Assembly (NCBI GenBank): GCA_963744715.1 | Contig: CAVUUR010000007.1 | Location: forward strand, 64,001 to 128,000 | DNA: 64,000 nucleotides | Reading direction: 5' to 3' | From: an uncultured bacterium | Lineage (GTDB): Bacteria; Babelota; Babeliae; Babelales; JACPOV01 | Shown here: one piece after another, positions 1-10,885 of the stretch | Layout of the letters: each line of letters begins with the position of its first letter | Numbering within the stretch: the stretch's first letter is position 1 | The notes under the pieces: model-generated | The model's database searches: none | Seen by the model: the letters and a program-made list of their open reading frames with translations, nothing else | Told to the model about the DNA's origin: nothing | Position numbers and translations under genes: made by a program

Positions 1-1
1 A

Positions 2-991
2 TACATATGTATTGACGTAATCAACACAACTACTTTGAGGTATGATTATTTCATTATTGACTAAAGAATTTTGAGACTCAATGACTGCATTTTTTTTGCA
101 TGCAAGTTTATGTTGTGTATATCGATCATAATATATCCTAGCAATAATAGCATTACTGTGTAGGGTTGTTTTGGTACCTGGTTCCTCATACAACATTTTC
201 TTTTCATAACGATCGACGATAATCCGTGCTTCATCAAAATCACCTTTTCTACATAAATCACGTACTAGTAAAAAATCTCTATTAATAAAGTTTTCTTTAA
301 CTTTTTTCTCAAAATTATTTTTCTTAAAACAAGCAAAATTATGCTCATTTGGTTTGATAATTGTGTTAACAATCGAATAATAGTAATAGGTTTTCCATTT
401 CTCTATTTTTTTGAAATATTCCGCAATAATTTTCTTAATTTTTTTATGATTTTCTCCATACGAGGATTTCAGCATGCCTTTACAATCAAAAATTAAAGCA
501 GATAATTGTTGTTTTGTATCAAGAAGTACTTTATTTAAGTAGGGTTCTGGAATAACTAGGTCAAAAAAATCCAAACGTCGTTCATAAATAAAACAATTAA
601 TAACTTCCGTGGCAAGGGCATTAAAAACATTCTCTACCTTTATAAAAGCTGATTCAATTTCTTTAATTTTTTTTTCAAGCAACGGCTGATATAATGCATC
701 ATGCATCATATACATAAAATTGTACTGATCGCATTGCCTTTCAAAATACAATTCATCTATTTTATTATTGGCATAATGCAATAATCTATGTAACGGCAGG
801 GGCGTTGTGCAAAAATGGCTTTGATAATTTATTTTATATTTTTCTACGGCTACATCAGATATTAGATTTGAATTTTCGGTTAATAATAATTCACCATTTT
901 TTCTTATTGATGCATATGCACTAGAATTGTACATCCCATAGGTAACAAAAATATTATTAAAAACAATTATACAAATGTACTTCTTTACCAT
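2..991 (-). CDS. Hypothetical secreted protein, 3' end outside window (not in ORF track)
   Basis: Manual translation from ATG at 991 (MVKKYICIIVFNNIFVTYGMYNSS...DYVNTYV) is open to the window edge; N-terminus is hydrophobic. Confidence 0.75.
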   Translation of the reverse strand, partial: MVKKYICIIVFNNIFVTYGMYNSSAYASIRKNGELLLTENSNLISDVAVEKYKINYQSHFCTTPLPLHRLLHYANNKIDELYFERQCDQYNFMYMMHDALYQPLLEKKIKEIESAFIKVENVFNALATEVINCFIYERRLDFFDLVIPEPYLNKVLLDTKQQLSALIFDCKGMLKSSYGENHKKIKKIIAEYFKKIEKWKTYYYYSIVNTIIKPNEHNFACFKKNNFEKKVKENFINRDFLLVRDLCRKGDFDEARIIVDRYEKKMLYEEPGTKTTLHSNAIIARIYYDRYTQHKLACKKNAVIESQNSLVNNEIIIPQSSCVDYVNTYV

Positions 992-1122
992 CACAACTCT
1001 TCCCTAATTTATTAGCAATAAACTTTAGGAAAATGTCATAATAATTTTCTAAAAAAGTCAAAAATTAATTATTAACAAAAAATATTAAATTTTTTCATAA
1101 TGCACAATTTATTTTATACTTA

Positions 1123-1374
1123 CTAGACTTGATTTTGATCAATCAATCTATTTGGATATTCTCGAAAATTGCTCACGATACCGCATTCTTGAAAATATTT
1201 CATAACTTCAAGAAAATACGTATGCAAATCCGGAGCAACAAAAAATTCAAAAATACTTTCCTCTTTATTCAACGTACGGTCGAAAACAAGATGTTCATAG
1301 CTGCGCATAATACCAACCAGTAACCATGCTTTGCTACGTTCTACCTGCGCTTGATAATAAAAACAATATTTCAT
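1123..1374 (-). CDS. Small hypothetical protein, DUF4911-like
   Basis: MKYCFYYQAQVERSKAWLLVGIMRSYEHLVFDRTL...FEFFVAPD resembles the DUF4911 pattern; start moved to the internal ATG. Confidence 0.55.
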   Translation of the reverse strand: MKYCFYYQAQVERSKAWLLVGIMRSYEHLVFDRTLNKEESIFEFFVAPDLHTYFLEVMKYFQECGIVSNFREYPNRLIDQNQV

Positions 1375-1658
1375 CGTTAACCAAACAGTGCTCATTTAAA
1401 CTTACTAACAACTACAATAAATCGAATTACAAGAACATTTTAATATCTACAAAAAAAATAGTTCTTTTTTTTAGAAATCATTATACAAATTATACTATCT
1501 AACGTAAAAAAAATTACATTCAATAATATCATTATTTAGCTATAAATACCTATTTCTTATAGTACTTCAATTTTATACAAAACGATATCCAATTGACGAA
1601 CGAGTCTTAAAGATGCTATAAGGAAACAAGAAGCTCCTTACTTATAGAAAGGATAGTA

Positions 1659-3047
1659 ATGAAAAAGTTCTGCGCATATTTTTTAATGTTATTAGCTTTT
1701 GTAATAAATATAAATCTTGTCGGTATTACAACCTTAAATAAAAATGACCCCTACCCACTGTATAATAGTTTATATCCGTACAGTTACTTACTGAAAAGAA
1801 CACAAAATTTTTTAAAATGCATCACACAAGATGATCATCCAGAATTATTTGGTGTAGCTGCTTCAGTATTTCATCAAAAAGCAAATCGTGGTAGAGATTA
1901 TGAAAAGCAGCGCCGATTACTGGGCGATCTGGAAGGCCGCTGGGATATGTTAGCCATGACCTACGGACCATTACCGATAGGCGCATCATTAAGTAACACC
2001 GAATTAGGACGTGCAAAAGTTGCTATATGGGATGGATCACTCGTGCCCCCTAATAATCCCAATGGCGTACTACCTTTTGATCTGCAAATTACCGATAGCA
2101 ATTGTAGAATTGGTTTTTTTGAAGTACCACTCAGATATAGAAAAACAGGTATGCGTTTTGAAATATCAGTACAACCTTTTGAAGATTTTGGTTTCACCTT
2201 CCAATCTGGTTTTGCCGAAATGAAGCAAACATTAACACAATTTGTTGATTTAACGCCAACGGCGACACTTTACGATGGATTTACACTGGCCCTTACTACA
2301 TCGATAGAAACATTTTTAATGAACCCACCACAAAATATTTTAACCTTTACCGGCCAGGGCCTTGAAGTGTGTGATTTTAGAAGCACTTCCTTTGAAGATG
2401 TCCGTTTGTTTGTATGGTGGCGCCATGTTTTTGAGGCCAATGCTTGTAATTGCGAATGGCCTCATTTCTTATTTATTCCTTTTGTCAATTTTGAAACAAG
2501 TTTACCAACGGCAAAAAGACAAGAGCGCAGAAAGGCCTTCGCACTTCCTTTTGGTAACGATGGCCATGTTTCATTAGCAGCAACGGCTGGTTTTCATATC
2601 GATTTTATAGAAACAGTTGAAATTGGCTTTTACGGTGGCGTAACCCATTTTTTACCGAGAAATATAGCAAATTTTAGACTTCCTACGAGCATTATTCAAT
2701 CAGGCGTATTTCCGTTTAGCACTGAAGTGCGAAGGAAACCAGGCCGCAATATTAACTATGGGCTTCTGTTCAATGCCTATCGCTTTTTGGATAAATTTTC
2801 ATTTTTTGCAGAATATGCCGTCATAAGCCATGGAGAAGATACTATAAAGTTAGTAAACCCCGACCCTGCCTTTATTCCTCGGCAACAGGAATGTCTCTCT
2901 AAATTTAGCGTTCATCTTCTTAATACGGCCCTGAACTATGAAATATCACCCAATTTCACCTTAGGCGTCGCTGTACAATGGCCTTTGGTCCAGCGCAATG
3001 CCTACCGAACAACCACGGTATTGGGAACCATTCAAGTAACTTTTTAG
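1659..3047 (+). CDS. Secreted, probable outer-membrane beta-barrel protein
   Basis: Signal peptide, amphipathic strands, C-terminal ...GTIQVTF; AAGGA RBS; shares motifs with 12329..13765. Confidence 0.6.
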   Translation: MKKFCAYFLMLLAFVININLVGITTLNKNDPYPLYNSLYPYSYLLKRTQNFLKCITQDDHPELFGVAASVFHQKANRGRDYEKQRRLLGDLEGRWDMLAMTYGPLPIGASLSNTELGRAKVAIWDGSLVPPNNPNGVLPFDLQITDSNCRIGFFEVPLRYRKTGMRFEISVQPFEDFGFTFQSGFAEMKQTLTQFVDLTPTATLYDGFTLALTTSIETFLMNPPQNILTFTGQGLEVCDFRSTSFEDVRLFVWWRHVFEANACNCEWPHFLFIPFVNFETSLPTAKRQERRKAFALPFGNDGHVSLAATAGFHIDFIETVEIGFYGGVTHFLPRNIANFRLPTSIIQSGVFPFSTEVRRKPGRNINYGLLFNAYRFLDKFSFFAEYAVISHGEDTIKLVNPDPAFIPRQQECLSKFSVHLLNTALNYEISPNFTLGVAVQWPLVQRNAYRTTTVLGTIQVTF

Positions 3048-3164
3048 GGTAAACCATGATAAGAAGTAGACAAATATAATAAAAAATTTATACTAAACCT
3101 ATAGTAATCAAAACTTAGGAACGTTTCCCTTAATAAATCTTATCTGGAAGGATATACGAGCAAC

Positions 3165-3377
3165 ATGAGCAAAAGAAGAGCAAATATTGTCATCAATGTA
3201 AGTACCAATGTAGAAAAGGCACTTAAGCAGCTTAAGAAAAAAATTGAGCGCGAAGGCATTGTTCGTGATATGAAGCGTGTTGTTTATTTTGAATCTCCAA
3301 CGCAAAAAAAACGTAAACGTCTTATGCGCGCCATCAAACAAAATTATATTAGAATGGCTTCCCAAAAACTTATCTAA
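3165..3377 (+). CDS. rpsU: 30S ribosomal protein S21
   Basis: VEKALKQLKKKIEREG...YFESPTQKKRK. Confidence 0.93.
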   Translation: MSKRRANIVINVSTNVEKALKQLKKKIEREGIVRDMKRVVYFESPTQKKRKRLMRAIKQNYIRMASQKLI

Positions 3378-3391
3378 CAACTGATAATTTC

Positions 3392-3763
3392 ATGATACTA
3401 GTAGCCCCCAAAAAAGTTTCTGACATAAAAAGAGCTCAAAAAGAGCGCCTTCTTTTTAGAGAAATATCGCAGCTTTTTCAACACGCAACGCTTGAAGATG
3501 CTCGGCTGCGTGATTTTTGGATAAGCCGTGTTTCCTTATCGGCTGATAAAAGTATTTGCTATGTTTTTTTTGTTACGCAAAAAGGCATAGAATATTTTAA
3601 CGAAATGTTAGGAATTCTTAAACTGTATAAGCCTTCATTGCGAAAAGCAATTGCAGATGCTATCGCTTCCCGTTACACCCCGGAAATAGTATTTAAATAC
3701 GATGATCAATATGAAAAAGTAGAAAAAATAAATCAACTTATTGATCGGGTCAAAACAGAATGA
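3392..3763 (+). CDS. rbfA: Ribosome-binding factor A
   Basis: REISQL...DARL...SRVSLSADKS...RYTPEIVFKYD. Confidence 0.9.
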   Translation: MILVAPKKVSDIKRAQKERLLFREISQLFQHATLEDARLRDFWISRVSLSADKSICYVFFVTQKGIEYFNEMLGILKLYKPSLRKAIADAIASRYTPEIVFKYDDQYEKVEKINQLIDRVKTE

Positions 3764-4539
3764 TCATCAGTGACCTTGCTAGCATTATTATTTTTTTATG
3801 CTGGGGGTCATTTCTTAATGTTATTGCCTACAGACTTATATTTAGCGATCATTTCTGGGCTCTGCGTTCATACTGTCCCCACTGTAAAAAAACTATCGCT
3901 TGGTATGACAATATTCCGGTAATTTCCTGGTTGTTATTACATGGTACATGTCGCTACTGTCACAATACTATTTCTTATTTGTATCCGCTTATTGAACTTT
4001 TTACGGCCCTTGTTTTTTATGCATTAATTCATACGGTTAATCCTCACCACTGGTTTGGGTATGCAATATTTTTTTCTGCTCTTATTATTACCATCCGCAC
4101 CGATCTTGAAACAATGCTTATTTCGAGGGAAATTACACTGTGGTTGGTTCCCGTCGGTGCTCTATGCAGCATGCTACATCTTATTCCCCTTTCAATACTA
4201 GATAGTGTAATTGGCGCAGCTTCTGCGTATCTTTTTTTATATTGCTTGGCAGTACTCTATCGCGCGATTGCAAAACGAGATGGCATGGGCTTAGGAGATA
4301 TTGATTTGCTTGCTTTGATCGGTTCATTTTTAGGATTACAAGGTTGGTGGATTAGTTTGTTAATAGCTTCTCTCACAGGCACCATTATCGGCGTATTATA
4401 TTTGGCCAGTAAACAATTAAGCAAATCCACACCAATACCCTTCGGACCATTTCTCGCCTTTGGTGCACTTGTGTATGCGCTCAACGGACCATTAATAATG
4501 CCACTAATGAGTTCAATGAATTTAATAGTACATCCGTAG
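3760..4539 (+). CDS. pilD: Prepilin peptidase (A24A)
   Basis: GSFLNV, CPHC...CRYC, GMGLGDIDL, IPFGPFL. Confidence 0.93.
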   Translation: MIISDLASIIIFLCWGSFLNVIAYRLIFSDHFWALRSYCPHCKKTIAWYDNIPVISWLLLHGTCRYCHNTISYLYPLIELFTALVFYALIHTVNPHHWFGYAIFFSALIITIRTDLETMLISREITLWLVPVGALCSMLHLIPLSILDSVIGAASAYLFLYCLAVLYRAIAKRDGMGLGDIDLLALIGSFLGLQGWWISLLIASLTGTIIGVLYLASKQLSKSTPIPFGPFLAFGALVYALNGPLIMPLMSSMNLIVHP

Positions 4540-4622
4540 GATTTAGGTTCGACTTATCTCTTGAGTTTTGTAATACTTTATGACTAATTGTAGTACGTAT
4601 AGTAATCATAACGAGAATAATC

Positions 4623-5903
4623 ATGCATAAAACATTGCTCATCATTACGTTGTTAATAACCCACTCATTATTTTCAATGGACTCAATGCACCAATTAAGT
4701 AAAGCATTGGAATTTAAAAAACCAATGCAACTCATTCAGTTTCCTTCATTGCAAGAACTATGTAGCAAGAAGGTCCTAACAATGACCAGAAAGTATGTTA
4801 AACAAGAATTGCACACTAAATCCATAGATTGGAAGGCTGAAGAAACAGAGGCAAAAGTAAAAGAATTCTTAGGCAGTATTCCTACAAATCTCATGGCAAA
4901 AATGATCCCGCATGCGCAAGAAATTGATATTAGCAAAGAGCCGACATTGGAGCCTTCTTTGAATGGATTATGTTACGTTGACAAAGATCACACTCGCTTT
5001 GTAACTATCGAGAGATCACATTCCGAATCCATGGACACGAAAACTTTAATATCAGTGTTGGGTGAGAACAATAATATAACAACATCTATACCTATAGAGG
5101 CTTTTGTACATAAGGCAGTGCTAGCACCTAACCAAGATTATGTAGCAACGGCCGATTTCAAAAATATAGCAGTCTATGCTATTAAATCAAAGCCTCTACA
5201 AATTGCAACTACACATTTGGGTATAAGTGGTGATATATATGATCTGTTATTTTTTCACGATACATTATTAATTGCCGATTTTGATGGTATACGCATATGG
5301 AACTTTCTAGAAAATAAACCACCTATTCCATTTGTTACTTATCGAGGACTACATAAAAAAATGTGCTTACTCAATGACAACATTGTTTTTACTAATGACA
5401 ACGAAAAACCTACTATTAACATAGTCACTGATACCGGTTTTATTAAAAAAACATTATATGGTCATACGAGAACAATTAAAGATATATCATCTCACCCAGC
5501 AACAAATAAGCTCGCATCCGCAGGTGAATATGATTATACCGTACGCGTATGGGATACCAAAAAAGATCCCGAGGATGCCTGCATAGCCATATTGCCCCAT
5601 GAGTTTGGCGTTGAATCCGTAGCCTTTGACCCTTCTGGCAATAACGTTATTACCGGAACCAATGGCCAAGATCATACTGTATACCTTTGGAATATAGAGT
5701 CAAAGACAAATACTAAGCGAATACAATTGGAGGACTATCCACCTATTACCTTTCTTTCTTGGTCGAAGAATTCAATTATTGCTAAAAATGGCCGCATCGA
5801 CGTATACGCGTGGAAGCCGCAACGTACAGAACTCGGCAAAATTCTTGAAACCATGGTTGAAGAACAAACTAATCTTCAACAACGCAGCAAACGATTACCT
5901 TAA
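4623..5903 (+). CDS. Secreted WD40-repeat protein with N-terminal BC/SOCS-box-like motif
   Basis: Signal peptide; PSLQELCSKKV; WD repeats GHTRTIKDI...LASAGEYDYTVRVWD and SVAFDPSG...TVYLWN. Confidence 0.85.
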   Translation: MHKTLLIITLLITHSLFSMDSMHQLSKALEFKKPMQLIQFPSLQELCSKKVLTMTRKYVKQELHTKSIDWKAEETEAKVKEFLGSIPTNLMAKMIPHAQEIDISKEPTLEPSLNGLCYVDKDHTRFVTIERSHSESMDTKTLISVLGENNNITTSIPIEAFVHKAVLAPNQDYVATADFKNIAVYAIKSKPLQIATTHLGISGDIYDLLFFHDTLLIADFDGIRIWNFLENKPPIPFVTYRGLHKKMCLLNDNIVFTNDNEKPTINIVTDTGFIKKTLYGHTRTIKDISSHPATNKLASAGEYDYTVRVWDTKKDPEDACIAILPHEFGVESVAFDPSGNNVITGTNGQDHTVYLWNIESKTNTKRIQLEDYPPITFLSWSKNSIIAKNGRIDVYAWKPQRTELGKILETMVEEQTNLQQRSKRLP

Positions 5904-6011
5904 TATTTATGATTAAACGTTGATCACTCATAAAACCAGCGCCCCCTTTTTATTTTTTTCAAATATGATAATATATACTATTATTTACTTATATTATGCA
6001 TATTTATTCTT

Positions 6012-6896
6012 ATGAGGTTATTTTCCATGAAACGTATTCTTTTGCTTATCTTGGCTAGCTTTTTTATATTATCCGCAAAACCTATTGAACAGCAAGATAA
6101 TGATCAAGCAATTATCGATGAACTGACCGAAAAATATAAAAAACAGTATGATGCTCATGAAGCAGACCCTGTAATTAATGATATTGTGCAAGAAGCGCTA
6201 AAAAAATGTGGCATTACAAAGCCCATTATCGTTTTACAATACGATAGTGGGTATATTTCTCATGCCGTTTGCACACCGGCAAAACACCCTCAAGAATATA
6301 TTATTGTTGGCACTAAGCAATCTTTAGATGCCATCATTGCGGCTATTTATCATGAAATTGGTCATGTAGCACACGATGATGTATCAACTAACACCATAAT
6401 AAAAGATACTATATACCATTATGGGTCTAGAGGTTTAAGTTTATTGGGAGGAGTAGTTACCCGGCAAAGTTTTCAAAAATATGTAAAGGAAATGCCCGTG
6501 GTAAGCACGGTGGTGGGAGCTCTAGCAATAATAACAACATTCTTAACAAGTGCTGTTTTTTTACCAAAATATAAACATAGCATTATGGAAGGTGATGCCG
6601 ATATTTTTGCCTATGAAAATTTAATAAAACACCAAAGACTTGATACCGCAATTGGCAAGATTAGTGATCATTTATATCAACATGAATTTGGGCTTAAATC
6701 ATTGCCACCATGTGTAAGTGGTTATCCAACTGACTTTGAACGAGCAAACCTTGGCATTATCGCGTTACAAAAACATGGTATTAGTATCACACACCTCATT
6801 GATAATTTACCCGACACCTTAGATGAAGGTCTTAAAAAATATTTTCCTGCCCAAGTAAGAAAATTTTTCCAGCAGATACTTGAAGAAAAGAAATAA
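6012..6896 (+). CDS. Secreted M48-like zinc metalloprotease
   Basis: YHEIGH (HExxH), downstream EGDAD and YPT..ER motifs. Confidence 0.65.
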   Translation: MRLFSMKRILLLILASFFILSAKPIEQQDNDQAIIDELTEKYKKQYDAHEADPVINDIVQEALKKCGITKPIIVLQYDSGYISHAVCTPAKHPQEYIIVGTKQSLDAIIAAIYHEIGHVAHDDVSTNTIIKDTIYHYGSRGLSLLGGVVTRQSFQKYVKEMPVVSTVVGALAIITTFLTSAVFLPKYKHSIMEGDADIFAYENLIKHQRLDTAIGKISDHLYQHEFGLKSLPPCVSGYPTDFERANLGIIALQKHGISITHLIDNLPDTLDEGLKKYFPAQVRKFFQQILEEKK

Positions 6897-7281
6897 TAAT
6901 ATACGCAATACTGGTCAGTGAATAGTTAATTGAGTCTGATAGTCACATGCAGCTTAGTTGCACTGCCACGGCTCTTAAATAAAAACGCAGCTACATATTT
7001 AATTATATAATTGTATTTATTACATATAATCATCAATATTATCGTTTCTGTTTATCGTTACTTACTGCACTTATATACAGTTAGACTAATTATCTATCGA
7101 CAGATTACTTGTATTTTACTATAATTAAGAAATAATACAGAGTTTTTGAATTTGAAATATTTTACTACAAGTAGAATAAATTTTAAAAAAATCAGTACAT
7201 AATGTGTTTTTAACGCGTTATCTGATATTTTGATCTAATTTTGATAATAAACAAACCTGAACTAGTAGGTATGGGGATATT

Positions 7282-9966
7282 ATGAGACAAAAAATGCGTC
7301 AGAATCCATTTGCCCGTGGGCCAAAAAATCTTTTATTTGTTGTTTTTTTCTTTGTTACGTGTATTGCATTATTAACAAAACTTACTGATTATACGCGCCA
7401 TGTAAAAAACATGAGCTATTCTTCCTTTATGAAAGCAGTAGAAAATAATGAGGTGAAAGCAATACATGTTTCTGGACAAGATGTATACGGAATTTTTAAT
7501 GACGGAAGCCGTTTTGAAGCCGTAATTGCCGACAATTCTCACAATTGGGATCTTTTGCGTGAGCATAAAGTAGATATTTCCTTTGCTGCAAGCTCTGGAC
7601 AACTTACCATGTGGCATATGTTGTTATTGTTTGCCTTATTAATAGTACCGCTCGCCGTATGGTATTTCTTGCGCCAAACGCGTAGGATCAGGTAGCGGAA
7701 GCAATATTTTTACTATGGGTAAAAGCAGAGCTCGCTTGTTTATGCCATCAATGATCAATGTAACTTTTGATTCCGTAGCCGGAGCTCACGAATCAAAACA
7801 AGCTCTCAAAGATATTGTAGATTTTTTAAAAAATCCTGAAAAATATAAACGCTTAGGGGCTAAAATCCCACGAGGTGTTTTATTGGTTGGTGAACCGGGT
7901 AATGGTAAAACTTTATTGGCAAAAGCAGTTGCCGGCGAAGCTAATTGCCCATTTTTTAGTATTAGCGGTTCTGATTTTATAGAAGTTTTTGTTGGTGTTG
8001 GTGCTGCGCGTGTGAGAGATCTTTTTGCACAAGCACGTCGGAATGCTCCAAGCATTATTTTCATTGATGAAATTGATGCTATTGGTCGTCAACGTGGTAC
8101 TGGTTTTGGTGGCGGTCATGATGAACGTGAACAAACATTAAATCAATTACTAACGGAAATGGATGGTTTTGAATCTTCCAATTCCCCAGTTATTGTTTTA
8201 GCCGCAACAAATATGCCTGATGTTCTTGATAAAGCCTTGTTGCGCCCAGGAAGATTTGATCGTTGGGTTAATGTTCCTTATCCAGATCTTGCAAGCCGTG
8301 AACAGATTTTAAAAATTCATGTAAAAAAATAAAAATGAGTCCTGATGTTGATTTATCGGCCATAGCAAGTCAAACAGCAGGTTTTAGTGGCGCTGATCTT
8401 GGCTGATTTAGTTAATAAAGCAGCTATTAATGCTTCAAAAAATAATCAAGATGTCGTAACGATGGCATGATTTATTAGTTGCGCATAAAATTATGCTGCA
8501 AGCTGGTCAATCCATGAATGGTATGAGTAATAATCAGAATTGCTAAAGGTACTAGCAAACCTAAAATGTTTATGCCTTCACAAGTAAAAGTAAATTTTGA
8601 TTCTGTTGCAGGTAGTACCTGAAGCTAAAGAAGAACTTACAAGATGTAGTTGATTTTTTAAAAAATCCGGAAAAATATCGTCGACTTCGGGGCAAAGTTG
8701 ACCCGTGGCGTATTATTAGTTGGTGAACCAGGTAATGGTAAAACATTATTAGCAAAAGCAGTTGCCGGCGAAGCAAATTGTCCATTTTTTAGTGTAAGTG
8801 GTTCTGAATTTGTTGAAATGTATGTTGGTGTTGGTGCATCACGTGTTCGTGATTTATTTGCACAAGCACGTAAGCATATGCCCAAGTATTATTTTTATTG
8901 ATGAAATTGATGCGTTAGGTGCCAAACGTGGCAGGATTTGATGGTGGTAATGAAGAACGTGACAAACATTAAATCAGTTGTTAACTGAAATGGATGGCTT
9001 TAATACTGATAATGCTTCAGTTATTGTTATGGCAGCAACTAATAGACCTGATGTTCTTAGATAAGGCGTTATTACGCCCAGGGCGATTTGATAAACGTAT
9101 AGAAGTTACCGTATCCCAATATAGAAAGTCGAGAACAAATTCTTAGCAGTTCATGCCAAAAATATTATTATGATGATTCAGCAGTTGATTTACATATTAT
9201 TGCACGAGGAACTCCAGGTTTTTCTGGCGCTGATCTTAGCAAATTTAGTTAATGAAGCGGCTATTAATTGCACCAAAAAAGAATCAAGATATTAGTTACC
9301 ATTTTTGATTTTGAAGAAGCTCGTGACAAAATTATGCTTGGCAAAGAAAGAAAGTCCGTGGTGCCGACTCCTGAAGAACTCAAAGTTATTGCTTTTCATG
9401 AAGCAGGACATACGTTAATTCGTATATTGCTTGGCGATGTTGCTGACCCGTTACACAAAGTAACGATTTTACCTCGGGGATTAGCGTTAGGTGTTTCATA
9501 CGCCTTACCCGATAAGGATAAATTAACGCATTCAAAGGATGAAATGATAGCCCTCATTACTATTTGTATGGGTGGCCGTGTTGCAGAAGAATTAGTATTT
9601 AATATACTATGTAATGGTGCACATAGTGATTTTGACAAAGCAACTGAGCAAGCACGCAAGATGGTATGCCTTTGGGGTATGACCAATGAATTAGGCCCTG
9701 TTACCTATGATCAGGGAAATGGTTCATTCCAATATTCTCAAAAAACAGCCGAAAAGATCGATGAATTAGTACAAAAAATAATTGTCGATGCTTACAACAA
9801 AGCACGAGAATTACTGGAAAAACATCGTGATAAATTAGATATATTGGCGCATGCATTATTGGAAAAAGAAACTATGTATGCTGATGAAATTTATGCATTA
9901 CTTGGTTTGGAACCTCGTGAAAATGTTCGATGGGTACGTAGCGATGCTACCACGCAACAAGCATAA
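7282..9966 (+). CDS. ftsH: FtsH ATP-dependent zinc metalloprotease with two tandem AAA modules (many apparent frameshift errors)
   Basis: Two TM segments plus periplasmic domain; two GEPGNGKT / IFIDEIDA / LLRPGRFD sets; C-terminal HEAGH and GGRVAEE. Confidence 0.9.
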
Positions 9967-10123
9967 TTATTAAAAAAATATGACAATTAGCCCACATGAT
10001 AATTCTGTATATGGCTAATAAACAGTTTGTTAAATGTAATAAAAATCATTTATAGGTATTGAAAAAAGGCATTTTTTTAGTATCCTTAGATAGATAAGTT
10101 TTATAGAAAGGATATTGATCATC

Positions 10124-10327
10124 ATGTCTAGAGTCTGTTGTTTATGTGATAAAAGCCCGCAGGTTGGAAATTTGGTAAGTCACGCTAATAACCGTGTTAA
10201 ACGTTGGATTTATCCCAATGTACATACCATGCGTTTTTCACTCGTAGGAAAAATGCCAAAAAAAGTCATACGCGGCGCTGTATGTACTAAATGTGTCAAA
10301 GCTGGTAAAATTGAAAAAGTAGTATAA
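10124..10327 (+). CDS. rpmB: 50S ribosomal protein L28
   Basis: [10 protein letters not shown]...[18 protein letters not shown]...VCTKC. Confidence 0.95.
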   Translation: MSRVCCLCDKSPQVGNLVSHANNRVKRWIYPNVHTMRFSLVGKMPKKVIRGAVCTKCVKAGKIEKVV

Positions 10328-10352
10328 CGTTAAATAAGGTATTATATATATT

Positions 10353-10628
10353 ATGGCAAATATTAAATCAGCAAAAAAACAAGCTAAAAAAAATATTGCT
10401 CAACGAAAAAAGAATTTAGCTCGTAAAACTTCTCTTAAAACTGCATCAAAAAAAGTTTTAACTGCCATTGAACGTGGTGATAAGATTGAAAAAATTCAAG
10501 AATTATTTAAAGATGCAGAAGCAAAATTAGCTCGCGCAAAGGGCAAAAACGTTTTGCATCCAAAAACTGCGTCACGCAAAATTAGCCGTTTAGCAAAACG
10601 AGTACAAGCTCAAAAAAAAGCTAAATAA
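10353..10628 (+). CDS. rpsT: 30S ribosomal protein S20
   Basis: MANIKSAKK...LHPKTASRKISRL. Confidence 0.96.
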   Translation: MANIKSAKKQAKKNIAQRKKNLARKTSLKTASKKVLTAIERGDKIEKIQELFKDAEAKLARAKGKNVLHPKTASRKISRLAKRVQAQKKAK

Positions 10629-10647
10629 TAATTAGTAACTTGATTGT

Positions 10648-10688
10648 AATAAAAAGACAGTTGCTTATATGCAGCTGTCTTTTTTATT
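10648..10688 (+). terminator. Intrinsic terminator after rpmB-rpsT
   Basis: aaaaagacagttgc-ttatat-gcagctgtcttttt hairpin with T tract. Confidence 0.8.
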
Positions 10689-10885
10689 TACGCTGATCCA
10701 ATCAATAAAATTATTATTACTGTTGCCACTAAATTTATTGTTCCGTTAATGATATGCACTATATTCTATTGATTTAAATGTTTTTCTTGTTAACATTAAA
10801 TAAAAATTAGAAAACATTCTATAAAAAAAGCATAATTTAGTATTTAAAATTAATAATCAAAAAAATATCAATAGGTTTTATTAAC

